60,887 nt of DNA, from contig DVNA01000111.1 in the NCBI GenBank assembly GCA_018714665.1, positions 1-60,887 of the forward strand. Direction: 5' to 3'. A program made the position numbers and the translations under genes. Shown here piece after piece: positions 20,174 to 29,789 of this stretch (its first letter is position 1; the number at the start of each line of letters is the position of its first letter). Under the pieces are notes generated by a model, which saw only the letters and a list, made by a program, of their open reading frames with translations, was not told the origin of the DNA and made no database searches. Origin of the DNA: Candidatus Gallibacteroides avistercoris. Its GTDB lineage: Bacteria > Bacteroidota > Bacteroidia > Bacteroidales > CHK158-818.

Positions 20174-20668
20174 TCAATCGGTCATTGCTTTATATTTACC
20201 GTTTACCTGGGAGATGAATTGCCTGCGTTGCGAATGGCCATCGGGATGTTTGTAACCCACGTGTATCCAACGAGGTATTCCGTTATCCTCCTCTACCGAA
20301 ATCAGTTGGTCAAAGGCTTTGTCGGCAAGGTAGTCGCGGCAAAACCGTTTAAATTCCCGCATTTTGCCGTTGGCCGGCACCAGGTCGAAGGCATATCCAC
20401 GGCAGTGTGCCGAGGTGGAGGAAGCACCCACCATTCCGTTGAGTTGCACACACCGGTAACCGGAAGTTATATCGATACCCGATACTCCCAGCCTGTTGCT
20501 GCGGCAATAGGCCTCCCACGCCTCGCTCAGCGGGTCTAGCAACTGCTCTACCGTCTCTACGATACAGGCCTCCACCTCCGGAGTCGGGGTGTTGTCAATA
20601 CCTTTCTGTTGCGCGATGTCTGAACCAATACACGCTTGTAAAGTAAAAAATCTCATATATCTCATCAT
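20174..20668 (-). CDS. Peptidase M15 family (D-Ala-D-Ala carboxypeptidase / endolysin-like zinc hydrolase)
   Basis: 164 aa from ATG 20668; ATG at 20656 (MRFFTLQ...) is probably the real start by family comparison. Zn-binding SAHCRGYAFDL and WIHV motifs. No signal peptide or TM segment. Confidence 0.75.
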   Translation of the reverse strand: MMRYMRFFTLQACIGSDIAQQKGIDNTPTPEVEACIVETVEQLLDPLSEAWEAYCRSNRLGVSGIDITSGYRCVQLNGMVGASSTSAHCRGYAFDLVPANGKMREFKRFCRDYLADKAFDQLISVEEDNGIPRWIHVGYKHPDGHSQRRQFISQVNGKYKAMTD

Positions 20669-21097
20669 TATTTAAACGTTACACCTAAAAATCAGAGGGG
20701 GCTTCTTCTGATCTATAAACCCTTCTCTTTCAAACAAGAGAGGATTATCGCCATACCGTAGCCGCGCATAGTCGCTCCGGCTATCCGGATGGCCGGTATT
20801 CCATATCTCAATAGGGGCATTCACGGCATTTTACCTTGACAGTTGTACCACTTCTTCCTTGATGGCAACACCCATCCTAATCCACCAATACCGTTCCATG
20901 GGAGTTATTCCAACAACAAACAAAGGAGTATCTTTACCACCGTTCATCCTCCTTACCCTGTACGACAGTCCGCGCGAAACTTTACACCAGAAAGAGCAAC
21001 CTGTCCCCATCCTAAGATAAGGGATAAGCAAGGTCCGGCAACAACAAAAATCATCTTTCAACATAGGCCGATACAAAAAGCGTCCCGCCACTTGTTA

Positions 21098-21105
21098 CAA
21101 AAGTA
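21098..21105 (-). promoter_or_regulatory. -7 box TACTTTTG pointing toward the M15 peptidase gene, ~430 nt upstream of it
   Basis: This is the only exact TAnnTTTG on the minus strand between 20669 and 21219. It sits at the boundary between AT-rich spacer (21101-21219) and the GC-neutral stretch. Confidence 0.35.
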
Positions 21106-21191
21106 TACATTTTTTCATTATACAGTATCTGTTGATTTTCCCCTGAAAATTTTATTCCGCTTTTAAATTTCTCTATCTCAGCTTTTATCGT

Positions 21192-21199
21192 TACCTTTG
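21192..21199 (+). promoter_or_regulatory. -7 box TACCTTTG for the DUF4476-like gene
   Basis: Exact match 21 nt upstream of ATG 21220. Confidence 0.5.
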
Positions 21200-21219
21200 T
21201 TCATTAATTCATAAAAAAC

Positions 21220-21894
21220 ATGAACCGGTTCGTCTTTTTTGTCGCAGCACTGCTGTTGGGATGCAATACTCTTTGGGGACAAGCGTTTAAAGGAATCCTG
21301 ATCGAGAGCAAGTTTTTCCCTGTGGTCGTTTTCTTAAACGGCGAGCAGGTATGTTCGCCCGTGAACACCTGTTTCATGACTCCCCTGAAACGAGGAATAT
21401 ACCAGGTGGACATTTTCACCGCCCCCGAAGAGGGATCCGTCCGCCCGGTAGGCAAACTGCTCTACTCCCGTAAAGTAGAGTACAAGAACAAATCCATCAA
21501 CATCCCCATCTCCGCCATCCAACCGGACGGCACCCCGGTAAAAATAGCAGGCAAAAACGGCGACATCATGTTGCCCACCTACTCGGAGGTACAAATCAAC
21601 CTGCTGACCAAATCGATACGCGAAGCCACCTACGACAAAGACAAGCACCTGGTACTGGACAAAGCCTTAGGGGCCACCTTCTTTTATACCAACCAGATAG
21701 GACGGCTGATTGACGAGTTCGGATACCAGTCTGAAAAACTCGAAGCCCTCAAAAAGCTCTATCCGTACACCATCGACCGGGAAAATTTCTACCCCGTACT
21801 TTCGGAAAAACTGAAATACGCCGACGACAAAAACGAACTGAACAGGTTTATCCTCACGTTCAGCGACGAAAACAGCCCGTTCAAAATCAAATAA
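21220..21894 (+). CDS. DUF4476-like exported protein
   Basis: 224 aa; signal peptide MNRFVFFVAALLLGCNTLWGQA; C-terminal half resembles DUF4476 as I recall it; TACCTTTG box 21 nt upstream. Confidence 0.6.
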   Translation: MNRFVFFVAALLLGCNTLWGQAFKGILIESKFFPVVVFLNGEQVCSPVNTCFMTPLKRGIYQVDIFTAPEEGSVRPVGKLLYSRKVEYKNKSINIPISAIQPDGTPVKIAGKNGDIMLPTYSEVQINLLTKSIREATYDKDKHLVLDKALGATFFYTNQIGRLIDEFGYQSEKLEALKKLYPYTIDRENFYPVLSEKLKYADDKNELNRFILTFSDENSPFKIK

Positions 21895-21988
21895 CCCCCG
21901 CCTTACAGCGGTCGTAAACCTGCAACCGGAGATGCCTGAACGGCGCGCACGCCGGTAAACGGTCATACCCCTGCAAACAAATACTCCG

Positions 21989-22987
21989 ATGGATACCCCC
22001 AACTACCAACCCTCGAACGAGCGATACAGCCGAATGGACTACCGATACTGCGGGAAAAGCGGATTACAGCTTTCCCCCATCACGCTGGGGTTGTGGCACA
22101 ACTTCGGCAGCAACGACGACTTCGGACTGGCTACCCGGATGATCACATACGCCTTCGACCACGGCATCACCCACTTCGACCTGGCCAACAACTACGGCCC
22201 GGTACCCGGAAGCGCAGAGACAAACTTCGGCCGAATCGTAAAAAGCCATCTCCGGGCCTACCGCGACGAGCTGATCATCTCCACCAAGGCCGGACACGAA
22301 ATGTGGCCGGGCCCCTACGGCGGAAACAGCTCGCGCAAGAACCTGATGGCAAGCATCGACCAGAGCCTCCGCCGTACCGGACTGGACTATTTCGACATCT
22401 TTTACAGCCACCGATACGACGGCGTTACCCCCGTGGAAGAGACCGTACAAGCGCTGATAGACATTGTCAAACAGGGAAAAGCCCTCTATGCCGGTATTTC
22501 CAAATATCCGCCCCCACAGGCCCGGCAGGCCTACGAAATGATGCAGGCGGCCGGCGTACCGTGCCGGGTGAGCCAATACCGCTACAACCTGTTCGAGCGG
22601 TCAGCAGGGAAAGAAAACCTCCCGCTGGCAGCCGCCTACGGGTCGGGCTTCGTAGCTTTCTCGCCGCTGGCACAGGGTTTGTTGACAGACAAATACCTGA
22701 ACGGCATCCCCCCTCACTCGCGCGCGGCAGGAGCATCGATCTTCCTCAACCGGGAGCAGGTTACCCCCGAAAAGGTAGAGACGGCCCGGCAACTCGACCG
22801 GATAGCCCGCCAACGGGGACAAACGCTGGCTCAAATGGCACTGGCGTGGATTCTTCGCGACCAACGCGTTACCTCGGTCATCATCGGCGCCAGCTCCGTA
22901 GGACAGATCGCCGAAAACATAGAGGCGCTGAACAGCCCGGCCCTCTCGGAAGAAGAGCTGAACCGGATAGAACAACTCCTGCCCTGA
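21989..22987 (+). CDS. Aldo/keto reductase (YghZ/L-glyceraldehyde-3-phosphate reductase-like)
   Basis: 332 aa; AKR signatures (HFDLANNYG, IISTKAG, SQYRYNL). Confidence 0.85.
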   Translation: MDTPNYQPSNERYSRMDYRYCGKSGLQLSPITLGLWHNFGSNDDFGLATRMITYAFDHGITHFDLANNYGPVPGSAETNFGRIVKSHLRAYRDELIISTKAGHEMWPGPYGGNSSRKNLMASIDQSLRRTGLDYFDIFYSHRYDGVTPVEETVQALIDIVKQGKALYAGISKYPPPQARQAYEMMQAAGVPCRVSQYRYNLFERSAGKENLPLAAAYGSGFVAFSPLAQGLLTDKYLNGIPPHSRAAGASIFLNREQVTPEKVETARQLDRIARQRGQTLAQMALAWILRDQRVTSVIIGASSVGQIAENIEALNSPALSEEELNRIEQLLP

Positions 22988-23023
22988 CATACCCCCCAAG
23001 AACAAACCCATCCCTTCTACCAT

Positions 23024-23059
23024 AAAAAACGGCAATCTTAAAAAAGATTGCCGTTTTTT
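23024..23059. terminator. Bidirectional intrinsic terminator between the aldo/keto reductase and xylE
   Basis: A6-CGGCAATCTT-AAAA-AAGATTGCCG-T6; perfect 10-bp stem. Confidence 0.85.
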
Positions 23060-23164
23060 ATTCTCCATCCGTGAAACATAGCCCCTCACGGAATCAGGAG
23101 GCAGTTATGAACTTTTCGAGTTTTTCTCGCCAAAACAGATTGTCCAGGGCATCTGCATCCCCCT

Positions 23165-24631
23165 CTATTTCTTGAACAGCGTGTTCATCTCTTCCAGCGT
23201 CTTCCCCTTGGTTTCGGGCACGAGCTTCCACACGAAGATGGCAGCCACCACACAGATGATGCCATAGAGGGCATACGCAAACATATGGCCGAACTTGTCG
23301 CCCATCGCTCCCATCTGTATGTTGTACATCGGCACGAAGGTGGACGATACGATGAAGTTGAATATCCACTGGAAGGCAACAGCCAGGGCTACTGCCGCAC
23401 CGCGGATGGTGTTGGGGAATATCTCGGATATCAGTACCCAGCAGATGGGCCCCCAACTGAACATGAACGAGGCGCTGTAAAGCATGATGCACACCACCGA
23501 TACCAGGGCGGGAAGCCCTGTTACCACGTTGCACAACGCTACACCGAGGGCTCCGACAGCCATCCCGATCGAACCGGAAATGAGCAGCGGCTTGCGCCCC
23601 CACCGTTCTACCGTGAACACGGCCAGCAACGTGAACAGGATGTTGACGATACCCATGATGACGGTCTGCATCATCGGATTGCCCATACCCATGCTTTCAA
23701 AAATACGCGGGGCGAAATAGAGCACGGCGTTGATACCCACCGCCTGCTGGAACACACTCAGCATGATGCCGATGAAGATAACCATCCAGCCGTAGGTAAA
23801 GAGCGGTTCGGTCTTCTCGTGCGCCGTAGCCTTGATATCGGCCAGGATAGAGCGTGCCTGCGACTCTCCGTTGATGCGGCTCAACACAGACAGGGCTTTG
23901 TCATCACGCCCGCAGAGGGCCAGGTAACGCGGCGTTTCGGGAACCAACAGCACCAACAGGGTAAACAACCCGGCAGGTACGGCCTCGCTGACAAACATCA
24001 GTCGCCAGCCGGTCTCGATAGCCCAGGTAGCCTCGCCGGGATTCAATATCTGGTTCACCCCCTCTACTGCCTTGATGACGGGATTGATGTTATCGCCCAA
24101 GATGAGAAAGTTGACAAAGTAAACCACCAGCTGGCCGAAAATAATGGCAAACTGGTTCCATGACACCAACTTGCCGCGGATGCTGCTCGGCGCAATCTCG
24201 GCAATGTACATGGGGCAGATGGCCGAAGCCAGTCCTACACCTACACCGCCCAGCACACGGTAGAAGTTAAAGGCGATGAGCAACGAATAGCTCGGCTCGC
24301 CGTAACCAAAAAACAGGAACTCGGGGTAATAAGAACCCAGGGCCGATAGGAAAAACAGGATACCGGCCAGGAACAGCGACTTCTTGCGTCCCAGATTGGA
24401 GGCGCAAATTCCCGAGAGGGCACTACCGATGATACAACCGATAAGGGCACTCGACGACGTAATACCGTGCCATGTGTCGGTATAAACGAAGTCCGGTGCA
24501 CCCATGAAGAAGGCTTGAAGGCCCTTCTCCGCACCCGATATAACGGCCGTATCGTAACCAAATAGCAACCCGCCCAGGGTTGCTACTAAGGTTATAAATA
24601 TCAAATAGATATTGACAGCTCGACCTTTCAT
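23165..24631 (-). CDS. xylE: Sugar porter family MFS transporter, D-xylose:proton symporter-like
   Basis: 488 aa; 12 TM helices; GRKKSL and PETKGKTLEE motifs. The start lies 2 nt after the xylA stop (TGATTATG). Confidence 0.85.
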   Translation of the reverse strand: MKGRAVNIYLIFITLVATLGGLLFGYDTAVISGAEKGLQAFFMGAPDFVYTDTWHGITSSSALIGCIIGSALSGICASNLGRKKSLFLAGILFFLSALGSYYPEFLFFGYGEPSYSLLIAFNFYRVLGGVGVGLASAICPMYIAEIAPSSIRGKLVSWNQFAIIFGQLVVYFVNFLILGDNINPVIKAVEGVNQILNPGEATWAIETGWRLMFVSEAVPAGLFTLLVLLVPETPRYLALCGRDDKALSVLSRINGESQARSILADIKATAHEKTEPLFTYGWMVIFIGIMLSVFQQAVGINAVLYFAPRIFESMGMGNPMMQTVIMGIVNILFTLLAVFTVERWGRKPLLISGSIGMAVGALGVALCNVVTGLPALVSVVCIMLYSASFMFSWGPICWVLISEIFPNTIRGAAVALAVAFQWIFNFIVSSTFVPMYNIQMGAMGDKFGHMFAYALYGIICVVAAIFVWKLVPETKGKTLEEMNTLFKK

Positions 24632-24633
24632 AA

Positions 24634-25941
24634 TCAGATATACATGGTGATCAACTGTTCATACCGTTCCTGCTGTCCGCTCAACGGAGCAGGTTCGCCT
24701 GCTTCGATGGCAATCCGGCGCAAATCTTCGAGCCCCAGTTTTCCCTGTTCAAATTCGGCACCCTTGCCCGAATCGAACGACGCGTAACGCGCCTTGCGCA
24801 TGGCCTTGTAGGGAGACTCTGCCAATATCTTTTCGGCAATCAGCAATGCCCGGGCAAAGACATCCATCCCCGTGATATGGGCAATGAAGAGATCTTCTAC
24901 ATCGGTAGAGTTACGGCGTATCTTGGCGTCGAAGTTGATACCGCCTACCAATCCGCCGGCCTGCAAAATCACCAGCATAGCCTCTACCGTCTCCTGCAAG
25001 TTCACCGGGAACTGGTCGGTATCCCAGCCGTTTTGGGCATCGCCGCGGTTGGCGTCGATGCTACCCAACAGACCGGCATCAGCTGCACACTGCAATTCGT
25101 GTTCAAAGGTATGTCCGGCCAGGGTGGCGTGATTGACTTCGATATTGAGTTTGAAATCTTTGTCCAATCCGTAATAACGCAAGAACCCGATAACCGTTTC
25201 GGCATCGAAATCGTACTGGTGCTTGGTAGGTTCCATCGGTTTGGGTTCGATGAAGAAGGTTCCCTTGAAACCTTTGGAACGAGCATAATCACGCGCTTTG
25301 GTAAGCATCATGGCCAGGTGTTCCTTTTCGCGTTTCATGTCGGTATTCAACAGCGACATATATCCTTCGCGACCACCCCAGAACACATAGTTTTCGCCGC
25401 CCAACTCAATGGTGGCGTCAATGGCATTCTTAATCTGGGTAGCGGCAAAAGCCATTGTCTGGAAATCGGGATTGGTAGCCGCTCCGTTCATATAACGAGG
25501 ATTGCCGAATACGTTGGCCGTACCCCACAACAGCTTGATTCCGGTTTCGGCCTGTTTCTGCTTGGCATACGCCACAATCTCTTTCAGGTTCTTTTCATAT
25601 TCGGCCAGGCTCTTGCCTTCGCTGACCAAATCCACATCGTGGAAACAGTAATAGGGCGCCCCTATTTTCTGTATGAATTCAAAAGCAGCATCCATCTTCA
25701 TCTTGGCCGCTTCAATCGGATCAGCTATCTTGTTCCACGGGAATTTATGCGTACCCGAGCCGAACTGGTCGGCCCCGTCGGCACAGAACGAATGCCAATA
25801 GGCAATGGCAAAACGCAGTTGTTCTTTCATCGTTTTTCCGCCCACGATGCGGTTTTCGTCGTAATAACGGAATGCCAACGGATTTTTCGAGTCCGGACCT
25901 TCGTACCGGATTTTGTCAAATTTTGAAAAAATTGTGTCCAT
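24634..25941 (-). CDS. xylA: Xylose isomerase
   Basis: 435 aa; [21 protein letters not shown] motifs. Confidence 0.95.
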   Translation of the reverse strand: MDTIFSKFDKIRYEGPDSKNPLAFRYYDENRIVGGKTMKEQLRFAIAYWHSFCADGADQFGSGTHKFPWNKIADPIEAAKMKMDAAFEFIQKIGAPYYCFHDVDLVSEGKSLAEYEKNLKEIVAYAKQKQAETGIKLLWGTANVFGNPRYMNGAATNPDFQTMAFAATQIKNAIDATIELGGENYVFWGGREGYMSLLNTDMKREKEHLAMMLTKARDYARSKGFKGTFFIEPKPMEPTKHQYDFDAETVIGFLRYYGLDKDFKLNIEVNHATLAGHTFEHELQCAADAGLLGSIDANRGDAQNGWDTDQFPVNLQETVEAMLVILQAGGLVGGINFDAKIRRNSTDVEDLFIAHITGMDVFARALLIAEKILAESPYKAMRKARYASFDSGKGAEFEQGKLGLEDLRRIAIEAGEPAPLSGQQERYEQLITMYI

Positions 25942-26010
25942 AACAATAGATTTTAGTTAGTTTACAATATATAACTCTTTAATCAATCTCCATACTAATT
26001 TTCGATACAA

Positions 26011-28290
26011 TTACTTCGGCCAGACTTTCCACTGCTGCCGTCCGGCTTTTTTCACCTCTATCGGTCCCGGATAGGGGTTGGATGCCCGGCGTTTATTCCC
26101 GAAATAATCGGTCAGCAGCTTCAAACGGCTCCCGTCGGGATGAACGAAAGGCAGGTCCGGAGCAACGGCTTTCCCCAACAGATCGGTAGTAACCACCTCC
26201 CACTTCTCCTTTTTCCCTCCCCAGTCGGGAGAGATATTCATCGACAAGTACCATCCATCGTCCCGCTGCTCTAATTGAACATCCGGATCGAACACCGTAT
26301 CGACAAGCGCACACGCGTCATCGGACGCCGGATGCGCTCCGGCGGCAAACAAATTCTTGCCATATACAATGGGTAATCCCGGTTCGTCCCATTTCCCCAG
26401 ACTGGCCCGGTTTACCAACAGGTTATTGTACCAGCGTTGGTCTCCCCCCGGGTTCGGCGCCTTGCCTGTGGATACAGTCTCATGGGGCGGGTAATAGAAA
26501 CTCAAACGGCCTCCTGCACACCGATCCACCCCTCCGACGATATCACCGGCAACGAGGTTATGGACGCTGGCTATCCCTTGCGAATAGTTATTAGAATGTT
26601 CCGATAACAGGATGTTGTTGGCCACCAGGGTGGGGCCATGGCAAACCTCAATAAAAATATCTTCCAATACGCCATTATCGTGGAAAAGATTCCCAACTAC
26701 CTGTACGCCTTGTGCTCCCCAGTCTAACCAGAGGCCACGAATCGTCCGGTAGATGTGGTTGTCTTTTAACACGGCATCAACCGAAAAGTGCAATTTGATT
26801 CCGGCCATTTCGTCCCCTTCAAATGTCTCCCCGATACAAATATCATGGATTTCATTTCCCTGGATCAAACAGAATGCCCCTCCGCTACACCCTACGATAC
26901 CGGCTTGCCCGCACTCATAAATATGATTGTTGCGGACGATGTGGAAACCCGCCTCCTCCTTGTCCCAGGAAGCATGTTCAAAATAGTCCATCAGCTGTTC
27001 GCGCGTCTGCCCGCCACGGGTTTCGGGATAGACCTCGGGCGGCAAGCCTTGATAATGATGCGCGTGCCCGAACGTGGGACGCCCCAAAGAGATCCCCGAA
27101 CACCGGGAATTACGAATAACATTGTTCTCTATAATCCACCCCTTTGCCCAACGAGGCCCTATCAGCCCCGGTTGCTCGGCCGAAGGAGGAGCCCAGTTGG
27201 TTGCGGCATTTTCAAGAATAAAACCCCGTACTGTTAGATAATCGATTCCTGTTTCATCCGGATAAAATACTTGCGGTCGAACGGCTATCTCCACCGATGA
27301 TTCGTTCGGATCAATCCCCCCGGGGAACTGTGCCCAGATAGTAGTCTTCCCATTCTTTTTCAATGCAGGAGTCCTGATTACCAAACAGACATTCTGCATA
27401 CCCGACAGTTTGCGGGAAAGCACAAGGGGAAAAACGGCAAACTGTTCCCAATCTCCGGTATTGGTTACCATGGACATTCCCAACAATTCGCCTTGCGGAG
27501 AATCCAGATGCATCTCCACAATACCCCCTTTGGCCAAGGTAGCCGCTTGAAAAAGAAGGGTGTCGGTTCCGTTGCCAAAGTCCACCTCGTCAAAATGAAG
27601 GACAGAACCATCTTTCAAATAACCGAAAGGCCACCTATCGACAATAGCGATACAAACCGCTTGGTCTCCACCTTCCACCGAAGCCTGCATCGAATTTTTA
27701 CGCTTACCTCCGCAAGGGTGTATCCATTCCAGGTTCATCAATACCGGGCCTCCGTTTCCATCGGCCTCGGCATACCAATAAGGTTGCCCACCGACCGGTT
27801 GGAGAACCTCGTGTAAAGAGAAAGTCTCCCGTATCCGTTTCCCGTTTAAATAAACGCTTCCGGTATGGTTAGGCTTTCCTTTCCCGCGGTACCAGCTTCC
27901 ATAAATCTGTTCGTCGTACGGATTGGTCTCTCCGAAAAAGGTATTGGGAAGGACCAGTTTCCAAGTATCGTTCTGTACCCGTACCCAACCTTTTACCGGT
28001 TCTGATCCCGTTATAACCACCCGTTCACCCGGAGCAGCCTGATATGTAATACGCATCCGGTCAGAAGTTCCCCCACGCGGAGGCACCACCTTTTCCCGGT
28101 AGATTCCTTCGTGTACCGTTATAACATCGCCCGGTTGCGCCTGTTGCGCCGCCCGGTTTATCGTTTTAAACGGCGATGACGCCGACCCGTCGTTGGTATC
28201 GTTTCCCGTAGGGGATACATGGTACTCTTCCGCCCATACGACAGATAGGGACAAACACAAAAAGGATATTGTACAAAGCCATTTTTTCAT
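26011..28290 (-). CDS. Secreted right-handed beta-helix protein with an internal CBM6/35-like module (putative glycoside hydrolase or polysaccharide lyase)
   Basis: 759 aa; signal peptide MKKWLCTISFLCLSLSVVWA. N-terminal YHVSPTGNDTNDGSASSPFKTINRAA (pectate-lyase-fold opener). Segment LHFDEVDFGNGT...IVEMHLDSPQGELLG...TGDWEQF resembles a CBM. Repeated NN-I/GN-hydrophobic beta-helix turns. 11 nt after xylB, 69 nt before xylA. Confidence 0.7.
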   Translation of the reverse strand: MKKWLCTISFLCLSLSVVWAEEYHVSPTGNDTNDGSASSPFKTINRAAQQAQPGDVITVHEGIYREKVVPPRGGTSDRMRITYQAAPGERVVITGSEPVKGWVRVQNDTWKLVLPNTFFGETNPYDEQIYGSWYRGKGKPNHTGSVYLNGKRIRETFSLHEVLQPVGGQPYWYAEADGNGGPVLMNLEWIHPCGGKRKNSMQASVEGGDQAVCIAIVDRWPFGYLKDGSVLHFDEVDFGNGTDTLLFQAATLAKGGIVEMHLDSPQGELLGMSMVTNTGDWEQFAVFPLVLSRKLSGMQNVCLVIRTPALKKNGKTTIWAQFPGGIDPNESSVEIAVRPQVFYPDETGIDYLTVRGFILENAATNWAPPSAEQPGLIGPRWAKGWIIENNVIRNSRCSGISLGRPTFGHAHHYQGLPPEVYPETRGGQTREQLMDYFEHASWDKEEAGFHIVRNNHIYECGQAGIVGCSGGAFCLIQGNEIHDICIGETFEGDEMAGIKLHFSVDAVLKDNHIYRTIRGLWLDWGAQGVQVVGNLFHDNGVLEDIFIEVCHGPTLVANNILLSEHSNNYSQGIASVHNLVAGDIVGGVDRCAGGRLSFYYPPHETVSTGKAPNPGGDQRWYNNLLVNRASLGKWDEPGLPIVYGKNLFAAGAHPASDDACALVDTVFDPDVQLEQRDDGWYLSMNISPDWGGKKEKWEVVTTDLLGKAVAPDLPFVHPDGSRLKLLTDYFGNKRRASNPYPGPIEVKKAGRQQWKVWPK

Positions 28291-28301
28291 TTTTCCAATT
28301 T

Positions 28302-29786
28302 TTACAAACGGCTCATTCTTACAGACAATTCCGCTTTCCAGTTTACATAGCCGCTTTCCAACGCCTCTTTGGAGTGAGGATCGGGCAATACGGTTTCCAG
28401 TTTTGTCAAGGAGCGGAACGCCTCGTCCCGGTCTTTGTACAAGCCTGCGCCCAGCGCGGCACCCCGGGCTGCGCCCAAAGCTCCATCGGTATTATACAAC
28501 TCGATACGGGCATCGCAAAGGGTCGCCAACGTACGCCGGAAAAGCGGACTGAGGAAAAGGTTGGCATTTCCGGCCCGAATCACTTTGGGTTCCAATCCTA
28601 CCTCCCGCATAATGTCCACGCCGTAACGGAACGAATAGGCAATACCCTCTTGGGCGGCCCGCAGGATATGCGCCTTACCATGCCGATTCAGGTCTATCCC
28701 CAGAACCGAAGCACCGGTATAACGATTCTCCAACATCCGTTCGGCCCCGTTGCCAAAAGGCAACATGACGAGCCCGTCCGACCCGGGACCGACCGTCTCG
28801 CACAACCGGTTGATTTCGTCATACCCCATCTCGGGAGCCACCTGACGGCGTATCCATGCATTGAGTATCCCCGTCCCGTTGATACAGAGCAACACCCCGT
28901 AACGAGGTTTTTCGGCCGAATGGTTTACGTGCAGGAAGGTATTTACACGCGACAGCGGATCGGCCTTGGGTTGGTCCGTTACCCCGTACACCACTCCCGA
29001 GGTTCCGCCCGTGGCAGCGATTTCGCCGCTATCGAGCACATTCAAAGAAAAGGCATTGTTGGGTTGGTCGCCGGCCCGGTAGGCAATCGGAGTACCCTGT
29101 CTAATCCCCAGCTCCCGCTCGATAGCCGCCGAGGTATAGGCCTGAACGCCGATCGAGGGACGATCCGGCGGAATCATCTGCAAAGGAATACCATAGTAAT
29201 CGGCCACGAAATCGGCCCGTTTCTCCTCCTTGAAGTTCCACAGAATCTGTTCGGAGAGCCCGCTCGTGGTGGTAGAAATGTCGCCCGAAAGCATATAGGC
29301 GATGTAATCGCCCGGAAGCATGAATTTATCTATCTTTTGAAACAACTCCGGCTCACAACGTTTTACCCAGGCCAGTTTCGAGGCGGTAAAATTACCCGGA
29401 GAGTTCAGCGTCCGTTGCAGGCAGCTTTCGCGGCCTATCTTTTCCAACGCCTCGGCGCCAATCTCCACAGCCCGGCTGTCACACCAGATAATCGACTTGC
29501 GCAAAGGCTCGCCACGCTTGTCCAGACAAACCAGTCCGTGCATCTGGTAAGTAATACCGATAGCGGCAATATCGCCCATCGACAGGGTAGCGCCCAACTG
29601 CTTAATACCGGCACAAACATACTCCCACCACATTCGGGGCGACTGTTCGGCCCACCCCGGCTGCACGGCATCTATGGACAACTCTTTATCGGGAAGTGTC
29701 ACCGAACCGGCACATTGTCCGGAAGCCACATCCATCACAGAGATTTTTATGGAAGAGCTCCCTACATCTATTCCCAGTGTTTTCAT
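28302..29786 (-). CDS. xylB: Xylulokinase (FGGY family)
   Basis: 494 aa; FGGY N- and C-domains (LGIDVGSSSIK..., GGTSGV...). The start lies 3 nt after the regulator stop. Confidence 0.9.
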   Translation of the reverse strand: MKTLGIDVGSSSIKISVMDVASGQCAGSVTLPDKELSIDAVQPGWAEQSPRMWWEYVCAGIKQLGATLSMGDIAAIGITYQMHGLVCLDKRGEPLRKSIIWCDSRAVEIGAEALEKIGRESCLQRTLNSPGNFTASKLAWVKRCEPELFQKIDKFMLPGDYIAYMLSGDISTTTSGLSEQILWNFKEEKRADFVADYYGIPLQMIPPDRPSIGVQAYTSAAIERELGIRQGTPIAYRAGDQPNNAFSLNVLDSGEIAATGGTSGVVYGVTDQPKADPLSRVNTFLHVNHSAEKPRYGVLLCINGTGILNAWIRRQVAPEMGYDEINRLCETVGPGSDGLVMLPFGNGAERMLENRYTGASVLGIDLNRHGKAHILRAAQEGIAYSFRYGVDIMREVGLEPKVIRAGNANLFLSPLFRRTLATLCDARIELYNTDGALGAARGAALGAGLYKDRDEAFRSLTKLETVLPDPHSKEALESGYVNWKAELSVRMSRL

Positions 29787-29789
29787 ATA

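Noticed and set aside
21029-21045. AGGTCCGG motif reminiscent of the SRP RNA domain IV core, and a look for RNase P or tmRNA signatures in 20700-21100
   Set aside because: The motif is followed by CAACAACAAA rather than the conserved AAGGAAGCAGC. I found no GGAAAGTCCGG-type RNase P P4 sequence and no tRNA-like 3' end or tag ORF for tmRNA.
20691-21147. Possible invertible promoter (inverton) around the 21098-21105 promoter box
   Set aside because: The best flanking inverted repeat I could find is TCAGAGGGG / CCCCTGA (7-9 bp, imperfect), far weaker than Bacteroidales inverton repeats. No recombinase gene is adjacent.
20831-21166. 86-codon (minus, GTG start) and 107-codon (plus) ORFs in the spacer upstream of the M15 peptidase
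   Set aside because: The compositions are implausible (Cys/Trp/Arg-rich and Pro-rich) and I recognise no motifs. The minus ORF would start at the predicted transcription start itself. I treat the region as non-coding (see finding) pending homology search.
22093-23025. Same-strand alternative-frame ORFs with Arg/Pro-rich translations (also 38078..39139, 31260..32036, 15705..16178, 3808..4056)
   Set aside because: They are out-of-frame readings of well-supported genes (aldo/keto reductase, GNAT-like, PfkB kinase, rpoN, methyltransferase). Their R/P/G-rich composition is typical of frame-shifted translation, not real proteins.
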